A stretch of DNA of 64,000 bases from Candidatus Jordarchaeales archaeon (GTDB lineage Archaea > Asgardarchaeota > Jordiarchaeia > Jordiarchaeales > Freyrarchaeaceae): the NCBI GenBank assembly GCA_038889235.1, contig JAWAHN010000002.1, positions 104,288-168,287 on the forward strand, written 5' to 3'. Made by a program: the position numbers and the translations under genes. Each line of letters starts with the position of its first letter. Positions within the stretch are counted from its first letter, which is position 1. The notes beneath the pieces are model-generated. The model searched no databases and was not told where the DNA came from. It worked only from the letters and a program-made list of their open reading frames with translations. Positions 27,278-36,044 of the stretch are shown here, one piece after another.

Positions 27278-28729
27278 TTGGCGAAAGGCGAGGAAACACC
27301 ACTCCCAAACAAGTACGAGAAATTCAGTGAGTGGTATAACGAGATATTGCAAAGGGCTGAACTAATAGACTTACGTTACGGTGTTAAAGGTTTCATTGTT
27401 TACAGGCCGAATGCTGCAATGATAATGAGGCAAATTTACCGTTTTTTCGAAGAAGAACTTGACAAGCTTGGACATGCCCCCTGCGTTTTCCCTGTTGTTA
27501 TTCCTTTGGAGTACTTCGAGAAAGAGGCTCAGCACATTAAGGGCTTTCTTGACGAAGTGTTCTGGGTCACAAAGGCTGGGCGACATGACCTCAACAAGCC
27601 ACTATTGTTGCGTCCGACATCCGAAACTGCGATGTACCCTCTCTACGCTTTGTGGATTAGGAGCTACAAAGATCTTCCACTAAAACTATACCAGTCTAAC
27701 TCTGTATACCGGTATGAAACGAAGGCAACCAAACCCCTTCTAAGAGGGCGAGAATTTTTCTGGATAGAGACACACTGCGCTCACAGAACCAAGGAGGACG
27801 CTGAGCTACAAGTGTTGGAAGATATGAAGGTCATGAGCAGAGCCCTTCATGAGGTCTTAGGGATTCCCTTCATGCTCTTCGAGCGACCACCATGGGACAG
27901 ATTCGCCGGAGCCGACAAAACTTACGCTTTCGACGTCCTGCTCCCAGATAAATCCGTACTACAGGTGGCTACCACGCACATACTCGGAGAGAATTTTTCC
28001 AAGGCTTTCGAGATAACCTACAAAGACGAGGATGGAAGACTAAAATACGTCCAGCAAACGTGCTTCGGAATAGGAATTTCAAGAATACTGGCTACGCTAA
28101 TAAGTGTTCATGGAGACGAATACGGGCTAATTCTTCCATTCGACGTCGCTCCAACACAAATAGTAATAGTTCCGATAGTTTTCAAAGAGAACAGGGAAGT
28201 CGTTCTGGATAAATGTAAATCTCTCTTCGCGAAGCTCAGAAGCAAAGGATACCGGGTTGTGCTCGATGATTCCGAAGAACGCCCGGGAGCTAAATTCTAC
28301 AAATGGGAGCTTCTAGGAGTCCCCATAAGGATAGAGATCGGTCCAAAAGACATTGAAAAAGGTGTTGTAACGCTTTTCAGGCGCGATACTAGGGAAAGGA
28401 TCGTCGTTGCAGAACAAGAGGTTGAAAACAAGATTGCGGAGCTAGGAAAGGAGATCTTGAATGTTTTGAGGGAACGGGGTGAAAAGTGGCTTAAAGAAAA
28501 CTTGAAAGACATTAGAAGCAGGGAGGAACTCATGGAGCTAGCGAAGAACGGTGGAATAGGCCGGATGGCTTTCTGCGGAAGAGAAGAATGCGCTGCCGAA
28601 ATAAAGATCACAACAGGCGGCTTCGAAGTTAGAGGGGTCATGGTAGGGGAAAAGTGGGGCGACTTAGGCGCCTGTGCCGCATGCGGCAAGGAAGCAAAAC
28701 AAATAGTTTACGTTGCCAAGCCATACTAG
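27278..28729 (+). CDS. proS: prolyl-tRNA synthetase (archaeal/eukaryotic type)
   Basis: Class II motifs including RPTSETAMYP. The C-terminal zinc-binding domain has CGREECA...CAACG. Confidence 0.9.
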   Translation: MAKGEETPLPNKYEKFSEWYNEILQRAELIDLRYGVKGFIVYRPNAAMIMRQIYRFFEEELDKLGHAPCVFPVVIPLEYFEKEAQHIKGFLDEVFWVTKAGRHDLNKPLLLRPTSETAMYPLYALWIRSYKDLPLKLYQSNSVYRYETKATKPLLRGREFFWIETHCAHRTKEDAELQVLEDMKVMSRALHEVLGIPFMLFERPPWDRFAGADKTYAFDVLLPDKSVLQVATTHILGENFSKAFEITYKDEDGRLKYVQQTCFGIGISRILATLISVHGDEYGLILPFDVAPTQIVIVPIVFKENREVVLDKCKSLFAKLRSKGYRVVLDDSEERPGAKFYKWELLGVPIRIEIGPKDIEKGVVTLFRRDTRERIVVAEQEVENKIAELGKEILNVLRERGEKWLKENLKDIRSREELMELAKNGGIGRMAFCGREECAAEIKITTGGFEVRGVMVGEKWGDLGACAACGKEAKQIVYVAKPY

Positions 28730-28807
28730 ACCCCCCTCCAAAGGTAGTTTTGCTTAGATTTTTATGTCTCTCTGCACTTCTCTATTCCTAAGATTGCTTA
28801 GGAGGGT

Positions 28808-30150
28808 GTGCGATTATTGCTTTTCTTTGCAGATCTTCACATTCACAGCAAATATAGTAGGGGTAGCAGCTCCAACATGGAGCCTCGCATTCTACGTTCT
28901 TTTGCTAAAGTAAAGGGCCTTAACCTATTAGGGACAGGCGACTTCTCCCACCCTAGATGGTTTGCCGAGTTGAGGGAGAAGCTTGAGGAAGTAGATGAAA
29001 CGGGCTTCCACACGTTGAAGGAAGGTGAAAAAGACGTTTTCTTTCTGCTTTCGAACGAGGTGAACACTAGTTTTGAGTTTGAAAATGAGGCTAAAAACAT
29101 TCACCACGTCATATTAGTCGAAAACTTCGACGTTGCCGAACAAGTGAACGAGGTCTTATCGAAGTACGGGAACCTTGAAGTCGACGGAAGGCCTTCCCTT
29201 AAGTGTTCCCCCGCAGAACTCGTCGAGTCACTCATCCAAGTAGATAGGGACATACTAGTAGTTCCAGCCCACCTGTGGACGAGTTGGTTCGGGGCGCTAG
29301 GCGAACGCGGCTTCAACAGTTTGGAGGACTGCTACGGCGACATGGTAAGACACATATACGCCGTTGAAACAGGCCTCAGCTCTGATCCTCCAATGAACTG
29401 GAGGCTTAGCGCCCTCGACAAGTATGTCCTGATGAGCAACAGTGACTCACACAGCCCATGGTCCTGGAGACTTGGGCGGGAAGCGAATGTTTTCGACCTT
29501 GATGAGCCTTCATTCCACGAAATTGTTGACGCCATAAGGAGTAGAAATAGGAAAAAGATTGTCATGACTATCGAGGTCGCCCCTGAATACGGAATCCCCC
29601 TCCACTCCGGAGCGTGGACGTAAAATATCACTATGATGGGCATAGGGGCGACCGCCAGGGACATAACGGCGTAGATGTATGCATGCACCCAAAGGAAGCT
29701 ATAAAACTTGGGAACATTTGCCCTGTTTGCGGGAGGAAAATGACCATAGGCGTACAGCACAGGGTTGAAGAGCTTGCTGACAGGGAGGAAGGTTTTGTCC
29801 CTAAAAACTTCATACCGTTCAAAAGATTAATCCCACTCGCCGAGTTGATAGCTGTCGCCTTAGGCACCGAGAACCTTCACACACAGAAAATTAGAGAGGA
29901 GTATGACCGTCTTGTGAACAAGTTTGGGAACGAGTACAAGGTTTTACTGGAGGCCTCGATGGAAGACCTCCTAAAGGTCACACATCCAAAGATAGCCGAA
30001 CTCATAATACTCAACAGAGAAGGACGGCTGAAGATAAAGCCGGGATTCGATGGAGTTTACGGCAAAGTGGTATTAGAGGAGTCTCAAGAGGAAAAGGGTG
30101 TGGAACGCCGTGTAAAAGTCGGACAACAGAGTCTCGACAGTTACTTCTAA
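28808..30150 (+). pseudogene. PHP-domain protein (TIGR00375-like, PHP + Zn-ribbon) split across two frames (28808..29623 and 29614..30150)
   Basis: ADLHIHSKYS is the PHP His motif. The second part carries KYHYDGH and the CPVCGRKMTIG Zn ribbon. The frame switch lies at about 29594-29622, next to a C5 homopolymer (29596-29600). Combined length is about 449 aa, which fits intact family members. Confidence 0.65.
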
Positions 30151-30168
30151 ACCCGGCACAGCCCCACA

Positions 30169-31143
30169 TCAGCACACACGGGGGATCGGCTCACCGTAAG
30201 GCTCCTCTATCACCCTTTTTCCTCCAACAACTGTTTCCATGATAACATAGCCAGGTCTTTCCTTCCGCACCTCTCCTATTATGTTGGCGTTTTTCCCGTA
30301 CTTCGTTGCCCTAACAGCTTTCAGCACTTCTTCAGCTTTTTCAGGTCTCACTGCTATGAGTGCCTTTCCCTCACAAGTCACCTCAAGGGGGTCTATCCCG
30401 AGCATCTCCGACGCGGCAACAACCTCCTCCCTAATAGGAATGTCTTCCTCTCTAATCCATATACTGACCCCGTTCTTCTTAGCCCAACCGTTTAAGGCTG
30501 CAGCAACACCCCCCCTAGTCGGGTCTTTCATCGCTGTGATGCCGCCCACCTTTAAAGCGGCCTTAATAGTCTCATTTAGAGGAGCTACATCGGATTCTAA
30601 TTTCGTTCCAAAACTTATCCCCTCACGGGCTGCAAGCAGCGCTATCCCGTGGTCTCCAACAGTTCCTGTCAGTATTATCTTGTCACCGACTTGTATCCCG
30701 TGGTCGCAGATCACATCGCCTTTAACAAATCCTATCCCGGCTGTTGCCAAGACTATTTTGTCAATTTTCCCTCTAGGCATGACCTTGGTGTCCCCAGCTA
30801 TTAGAGCAACTTCAGCTTCGTCGCACGTGTCGCTCATGGACTTAACTATCCTCCTAAGGTCAGATATGGGAAACCCTTCTTCCACTATCATGGAACACAC
30901 TACGGCCACGGGGTTTGCCCCCATCATGAGAAGATCATTGACCGTTCCCGAAATGGCGAGGCGCCCTATGTCGCCACCCGGGAAGAATATAGGGTCAACG
31001 GTGTGCCCATCTGTTGTTACGACAATGTTAACGCCCTCTAACGGTATAGTTGCTCCATCGTCAAGCTCATCCAGCCCTATCCCGCCTGGAACCTTCCGCT
31101 TTCTGATCAACGGAAGAATAACTTCTTTGATCAGTTTCTCCAT
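30169..31143 (-). CDS. hypE: hydrogenase maturation protein HypE (carbamoyl dehydratase)
   Basis: AIR-synthase-related PurM-like fold. C-terminal ...PRVC is the HypE signature Cys. Confidence 0.85.
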   Translation of the reverse strand: MEKLIKEVILPLIRKRKVPGGIGLDELDDGATIPLEGVNIVVTTDGHTVDPIFFPGGDIGRLAISGTVNDLLMMGANPVAVVCSMIVEEGFPISDLRRIVKSMSDTCDEAEVALIAGDTKVMPRGKIDKIVLATAGIGFVKGDVICDHGIQVGDKIILTGTVGDHGIALLAAREGISFGTKLESDVAPLNETIKAALKVGGITAMKDPTRGGVAAALNGWAKKNGVSIWIREEDIPIREEVVAASEMLGIDPLEVTCEGKALIAVRPEKAEEVLKAVRATKYGKNANIIGEVRKERPGYVIMETVVGGKRVIEEPYGEPIPRVC

Positions 31144-31347
31144 GGCTACTCCGCCAGCTCCATGGGCCAGCTCAATAACCTCTTGAAGTCCCGTTTAAAC
31201 CACCTCCAAAAACATGCTTAAACCTGCAAAATGATTATTCTCGGAACTGCCAACATCTCTGGAACGTCACGGACACTTTTGCCCGATGAATTTATATTCC
31301 CTTTCACATTTTTGAAATCTCTGAACGACTTGTGGAGGCCTCCCAAA

Positions 31348-31737
31348 ATGGGCGTTTGGCAAGGCAGGTCTAAGAGGAAACCCACTGGTGGCAAACTTAG
31401 GCCAGCTCGGGGAAAGAGAAAGTATGAGATGGGACGTGAACCCACCGAAACACAGGTAGGAGATACAGAAAAACGAAAGAAGATCCGGGTGCGTGGCGGT
31501 AACTTTAAAATTAGGTTGAAAGTGGCATCCTACGCAAACGTCACAGACAAGACTACGGGGAGAACTGTTAAGGTCAAGATCCTAGATCTGGTGAAGAACC
31601 CAGCCAGTGTAGATTACACCCGCCGCAAGATAGTAACAAAGGGTTCAATCATAAAGACGGAGCTAGGGTTAGCGCAAGTCACGAGCAGACCGGGCCAAGA
31701 TGGCGTAGTGAACGCTGTCCTAATAGAGGCTAAATAA
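31348..31737 (+). CDS. rps8e: 30S ribosomal protein S8e
   Basis: [32 protein letters not shown] is the S8e N-terminus. GGAGG lies 10 nt upstream of the ATG at 31348. The six-frame ORF start at 31231 is rejected. Confidence 0.8.
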   Translation: MGVWQGRSKRKPTGGKLRPARGKRKYEMGREPTETQVGDTEKRKKIRVRGGNFKIRLKVASYANVTDKTTGRTVKVKILDLVKNPASVDYTRRKIVTKGSIIKTELGLAQVTSRPGQDGVVNAVLIEAK

Positions 31738-31750
31738 GACGCATAGAAAG

Positions 31751-32161
31751 TTACTCCTTCTGTATTATTTGAATGTTTTTAATGGTACACTCCCTTCCGC
31801 CAACTATCTTCGTTGAGTTACTTCCACAGTTTGGACACTTCAAAGACAATGATAATAGTTGGGGGATGTGTGGGGTCTCGTCTAACTCTTCCCTCTTAAC
31901 TTCCCCCTCGTAGCCACACTCTAAACATTTAATGACACCAGGCTTGATAACTATTTTAATGGTCGCCCCTTCCGCTATGGTTCCCTCAGCGGCGGTTTCT
32001 AGTCCAAATTTCAAGTACTCTGGGTTTAATAGCGTGAGCTCTCCTAACTCCAAGTTTATCTCCGTCACTCTCTTCGCATTATTTTCTAGGGCCGCTTTAA
32101 TCACGGTGTCAATTATCATCAAAGCGGTGGAGAACTCATGCAATCTAAAAACACCCGGCAA
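31751..32161 (-). CDS. hypA: hydrogenase nickel incorporation protein HypA
   Basis: (M)HEFSTAL... N-terminus. CLECG...CPNCG zinc site. About 130 aa. Confidence 0.8.
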   Translation of the reverse strand: MPGVFRLHEFSTALMIIDTVIKAALENNAKRVTEINLELGELTLLNPEYLKFGLETAAEGTIAEGATIKIVIKPGVIKCLECGYEGEVKREELDETPHIPQLLSLSLKCPNCGSNSTKIVGGRECTIKNIQIIQKE

Positions 32162-32212
32162 ACTTGTGCTCCTAAAATGTTTAAAAGCGTTTTTAAGGGA
32201 GAGTAATGTCAG

Positions 32213-32545
32213 GTGGTGTCATTGAGGAGAAGAGGTATATTCATAGTCTACCCTGAATACTTCGATTCCAAACTAAGCAGACGTGGAGGGCGAAGGGTTC
32301 CTTTGAGCCTTGCTGTTCCAAATCCGACAGTAGATGAACTTGCATCTATTGCACATAAGCTTGGATGGCGTTTTAATGTCGAAACGGATGCGTCGTATCC
32401 AAGGTGCTGGTGGAACAGGAGGGGGAGGCTCGTGGTGGAAAAAGGCGTTATGAAGAAAGGGAAAGCTATGCTTACCTTAGCCAGGAACCTTAAAGCATTG
32501 CGGGAGAGCAAGCAAATGCCTCCAAAGGTAGGGGGATCCGTTTGA
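32213..32545 (+). CDS. srp19: signal recognition particle protein SRP19
   Basis: IVYPEYFDSKLSRRGGRRVP...YPRCWWNRRGRL is the SRP19 signature. Confidence 0.8.
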   Translation: MVSLRRRGIFIVYPEYFDSKLSRRGGRRVPLSLAVPNPTVDELASIAHKLGWRFNVETDASYPRCWWNRRGRLVVEKGVMKKGKAMLTLARNLKALRESKQMPPKVGGSV

Positions 32546-32835
32546 AGCGTTTGGGAAAAGCTCTCCACGTTTCCTCTGCGGGCAATATAGTGGTTCAGGC
32601 GGATAAAGCTCCAGCTATTGGAAGCGTGGTCGTCAACGAAAAAATCGAAGAGGTCGGCTTGGTATACGACGTAATAGGCCCTGTAAGCCGACCCTACGTT
32701 GTCGTAAGGCCGAAAGAAAATGTGGACGCGAAAAGTTATGTTGGAAGACTCCTTTACATCCGCGTGGAAGACAAAAAACAGGCGAAGAAAGCGGCGAAAA
32801 GCGCCACTAAAACCTCGAAGCCGAAAGCTCCCTAA
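32542..32835 (+). CDS. gar1: H/ACA ribonucleoprotein complex subunit Gar1
   Basis: GKALHVSSAGNIVVQ...IGSVVVNEKIEEVGLVYDVIGPVSRPYVVV beta-barrel signature. Lys-rich tail. Overlaps srp19 by 4 nt. Confidence 0.75.
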   Translation: MKRLGKALHVSSAGNIVVQADKAPAIGSVVVNEKIEEVGLVYDVIGPVSRPYVVVRPKENVDAKSYVGRLLYIRVEDKKQAKKAAKSATKTSKPKAP

Positions 32836-34006
32836 GCGAGTCAAGTAATACCTTAACGGGTGCGTCCGTCTTAATAGCTACGGGACTAAAATGAGTTTTA
32901 AAAGCTGAAAACCCCTTCTTCTTCAAAAACTCGACTACTTCTCCTATAGATGGACATGGAACGCGAGCAGCCGAACATACGTTGTGAATATTGTAGTAGA
33001 GTGGCGGCGCGCTCGCCTCCGACAGAAGCTGCTCCAAGAGGCTTAACGCCTCACTCATTTTCTTCTCTTCAGCCACCTTAATCACTTCACCTAGGAAGCC
33101 CTCTTCCTGGAGTGAGCCGCACCAAAGTGGGCCGGCCAGTCTTACATTACCCCCACACTCAGCGCACTCCTCCGATAGCCTGTGAGTAGCGAATCCTTTG
33201 ACTAGCTTCCTGGACAAGCACTTATCGCAATGCACTAGGAAACCTATTTCCCGCAGCACTTTATCTGCTTCCCTCGCCCCCAGTTTACCACTAAAGTAGA
33301 CTCTTACATGGTGCCCGAAGTAGTACGATATTACCGGTTGTAGCGTGTAGTCGTACTTGGCTGCCACACTCACCGCGTGCGCTATTAATATGCGGATGGC
33401 TACCTCGTGGCAATATTCTCCCTTAAATGGGATGCTGCCATAGCGCCTTAGGCAAACAGTAGGCTGTGAACCGCAAAGGGGGGGCAGATCTGTCGCTGTA
33501 ACGCAGAGAATGGCACTTTTAGGTTTTAGGGCTCTCACGGCAGATTCTAGAAAGGGAGCAGGTGAGCCGAACGGGTCTAGGTCCACGAAGTCGAACCTCT
33601 CACCCCTCGACGCAAAGAATGAAAGAAGGGTGTTCGCATCTTCGCAATATACGGGTGTCTTCTCCTTAAGACCATGCAGCTCGAAGTTCCTCTCTATCAG
33701 GGAGGCAGCGGCAGGATTTAGGTCGTTAACCACTAGGCTTTCCACGCCATCCGTTTCGAGTACGAATCTCAAAGCTCTTACACCGCACCCAGCCATCGGG
33801 TCGCACACCCTCAATTTTCTTCCAGCCCTTCTGGAGTAAGCCTGAAGAACGCAAACGGCTATATCCCTGTTTAAAGCCATTTTGGGGTTGTAGAAAACCG
33901 GAGCTCTTGAGGGGATGAAACTTCCCTTTTCAGCATAGAGGCTAACGTCTGGGGCGTAAAACATGGTGGCTCCTTCTTTGTAGCAGCGTAGTGGAAAGCT
34001 TGACAA
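32807..34006 (-). CDS. trm1: tRNA (guanine26-N2)-dimethyltransferase Trm1
   Basis: MALNRDIAV, DPFGSPAPFLESA (SAM-binding) and a C-terminal Cys cluster CDKC...CAECGG. Confidence 0.85.
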   Translation of the reverse strand: MSSFPLRCYKEGATMFYAPDVSLYAEKGSFIPSRAPVFYNPKMALNRDIAVCVLQAYSRRAGRKLRVCDPMAGCGVRALRFVLETDGVESLVVNDLNPAAASLIERNFELHGLKEKTPVYCEDANTLLSFFASRGERFDFVDLDPFGSPAPFLESAVRALKPKSAILCVTATDLPPLCGSQPTVCLRRYGSIPFKGEYCHEVAIRILIAHAVSVAAKYDYTLQPVISYYFGHHVRVYFSGKLGAREADKVLREIGFLVHCDKCLSRKLVKGFATHRLSEECAECGGNVRLAGPLWCGSLQEEGFLGEVIKVAEEKKMSEALSLLEQLLSEASAPPLYYNIHNVCSAARVPCPSIGEVVEFLKKKGFSAFKTHFSPVAIKTDAPVKVLLDSLRELSASRF

Positions 34007-34102
34007 GCCATCTCACCGAAGCCCACTGTTTGCCTGCAAAGAGTTTTCTTAAGAAGCTTATTTATCTACCCGACACTCACTTCTTTCTCTAGGTGAAGGC
34101 TT

Positions 34103-34744
34103 TTGCTGGTTGCTGGGGTGGACGAGGCTGGAAGGGGGCCAGTAATAGGCCCCATGGTGGTGTCCGGTGTGCTCGTTGAGGAGTCGTCTATCGAGTCACT
34201 TACACGGATGGGTGTCACTGACTCTAAATGTCTCACCCCGTCTCAGAGGTCGAGGCTTTTCGGTCACATAATTGAGGTCGCTAAGAAGGTCATTTCCTTA
34301 GAAGTTCCCCCAAGCGAAATAGACGACGCGGTCTGTTCAGTGGGGCTAAACGAGCTCGAAGCTTGCAAGATGGCAGAAATAGTGAACGAGTTGCAACCCG
34401 ACGTAGCCTACCTTGACGCCGCAGATCCCTACCCTGAAAAGTTCTACGAGCGGGTCAAAAAATACCTTTCATGCAACGCTAGAATAATTGTCGAGCACAA
34501 TGCTGACAAAAAATATGTCGTTGTAGGAGCCGCCTCCATCGTGGCCAAAGTTATCAGGGATTCTCGAATGAATGAGCTCAAGGTTTATGGTGAGATTGGG
34601 TCAGGTTACCCTCAGGATCCGCGAACTATAGAATTCCTGAGGTGTTGGGTGAGAGAGAAGGGCTGCCTTCCTCCCTTCGCCAGGAAAACGTGGAAAACAG
34701 CGAGAAGAATACTAGAGGAAACCTTTCAGAAAAAGTTAATTTGA
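34103..34744 (+). CDS. rnhB: ribonuclease HII
   Basis: AGVDEAGRGPVIGPMVV with the DEAGRG catalytic motif. Confidence 0.9.
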   Translation: MLVAGVDEAGRGPVIGPMVVSGVLVEESSIESLTRMGVTDSKCLTPSQRSRLFGHIIEVAKKVISLEVPPSEIDDAVCSVGLNELEACKMAEIVNELQPDVAYLDAADPYPEKFYERVKKYLSCNARIIVEHNADKKYVVVGAASIVAKVIRDSRMNELKVYGEIGSGYPQDPRTIEFLRCWVREKGCLPPFARKTWKTARRILEETFQKKLI

Positions 34745-35713
34745 GCTTTGCACTTTTTTGAGAAGCTCCTCCGGTTCCTCCATGGACTCTATTTCTTCTT
34801 TACTAATGATGGGAACCTTTGCGCCCTTAATCTTCCTACTTTTATCCATCACGAACATAGCGAGCTTTTGCGTGACAAACGCCAGCTTGTCCAACATCAT
34901 CACTCGTTTTTCAATCATTCTCTCGTTGGCCTTACCAACTCCAGTAACAACCAGGCACTTCTCGCTTTGGTCTGCTGTAAGTGCGTCGAAAGGTGCTCTC
35001 CTAGCCAGTATAACTTTAAACCCTAGACTGGAAAGGGCTTCGAAGACCTCCCTCTCCAAGTCATCCTCCCACTCCCGTTTCTCCTCCCTCTTCTCCTCGT
35101 ACTCGTAGATGGAATACCACTCCTTTAAGTCAATAGGCAATATTACGTCGGCATCTAGCTCCTCCTCTATCTTAAGGGCTGTCTCCAAGGTGGCATCCAT
35201 CTCGTTCCTTTCATACTCGTATATTGTCTTACGTGAAACACCAACTCTTTCTGCTAAGTTTCCAAGCGATAACCCTTTCAACTCCCTAGCCTTCTTCAAA
35301 GCTTCACCGTCGATCCTCGTGTAGAGCCCTCCGTGCCTAGCAAAAACCATTGGCTGAACATTTTCTAGGACAAATTGCTTAAATGTTGAAAAGTTAAGTG
35401 TCGGTATGCCACATCTTCCGTAGACAACGCCGTCAAGCATCTCGCTTCTTCTCGTCCTCTCACCAACTATGATGGGAGTGGCAGACAGCCGCCTTGCAAG
35501 CATTCTTAACTCTCTTCCTTGCTCGTCCTTCAATCCGTCGACATTGACAAGCACTTTAAGAAGCATCAAAAAGTCGCCTTTCCTTGCAACTAAGTCAAAA
35601 CAGCTCTTAGAAGGGAGATTGTTAACTACCTGGAACCCTGCAACTTCTAAGGTTTTCCTAACTTTCTCTATGGATAAGCCTGAGGACATTTCGCCCACCG
35701 GTCTATTCTCCAC
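34736..35713 (-). CDS. archaeal HTH (XRE-type) transcriptional regulator, COG1395-like
   Basis: Central LKKARELKGLSLGNLAERVGVSRKTIYEYERNE Cro/C1-type HTH, flanked by conserved N- and C-terminal domains. 325 aa. Confidence 0.6.
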   Translation of the reverse strand: MENRPVGEMSSGLSIEKVRKTLEVAGFQVVNNLPSKSCFDLVARKGDFLMLLKVLVNVDGLKDEQGRELRMLARRLSATPIIVGERTRRSEMLDGVVYGRCGIPTLNFSTFKQFVLENVQPMVFARHGGLYTRIDGEALKKARELKGLSLGNLAERVGVSRKTIYEYERNEMDATLETALKIEEELDADVILPIDLKEWYSIYEYEEKREEKREWEDDLEREVFEALSSLGFKVILARRAPFDALTADQSEKCLVVTGVGKANERMIEKRVMMLDKLAFVTQKLAMFVMDKSRKIKGAKVPIISKEEIESMEEPEELLKKVQSSN

Positions 35714-35774
35714 TAGTAAATTTGGGAACCAAAAAATTTAAATTTTAGTTTTCCTTCGAGATCAGGAGTCGCGC

Positions 35775-36005
35775 TTACCCTGTTGAAATCAGCGTCATGC
35801 TCTTTGTTACACCCCTCGTTCTCCTAATCCTCGTGACTATTTCATCCAATTTTCGTCCTAGGTCGTCTATTTCAACTCTAACTACGACATCCCACTCACC
35901 GTAAGTTACATGGGCTTCGGTGACTTGTTCGATTTTTGATATTTCCTCTGCAACCTCGTGCTCCATGCCCGCTTCAGTCATCAAGAGAATATAGACTACA
36001 TGCAC
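35775..36005 (-). CDS. stand-alone Lrp/AsnC C-terminal (RAM) ligand-binding domain protein
   Basis: 76 aa. ...EVAEEISKIEQVTEAHVTYGEWDVVVRVEIDDL... matches the AsnC_trans_reg fold. Confidence 0.6.
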   Translation of the reverse strand: MHVVYILLMTEAGMEHEVAEEISKIEQVTEAHVTYGEWDVVVRVEIDDLGRKLDEIVTRIRRTRGVTKSMTLISTG

Positions 36006-36044
36006 AGACTTCCCCCCTCAAAATTTTGTCTTCACTGAGGAAAA

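Noticed and set aside
29594-29622. Possible BHB intron in the PHP-domain gene, by analogy with alba and leuD.
   Set aside because: A hairpin (tccac/gtgga) and a tacg/cgta helix exist, but no arrangement gives two opposed 3-nt bulges around a 4-bp helix with a 3n+2 intron length. A C5/C6 homopolymer indel explains the frame change more simply.
31231-31347. Long N-terminal extension of the S8e ORF ([11 protein letters not shown]...).
   Set aside because: S8e starts at the conserved [17 protein letters not shown] element sits 10 nt upstream of the ATG at 31348. The extension covers promoter sequence.
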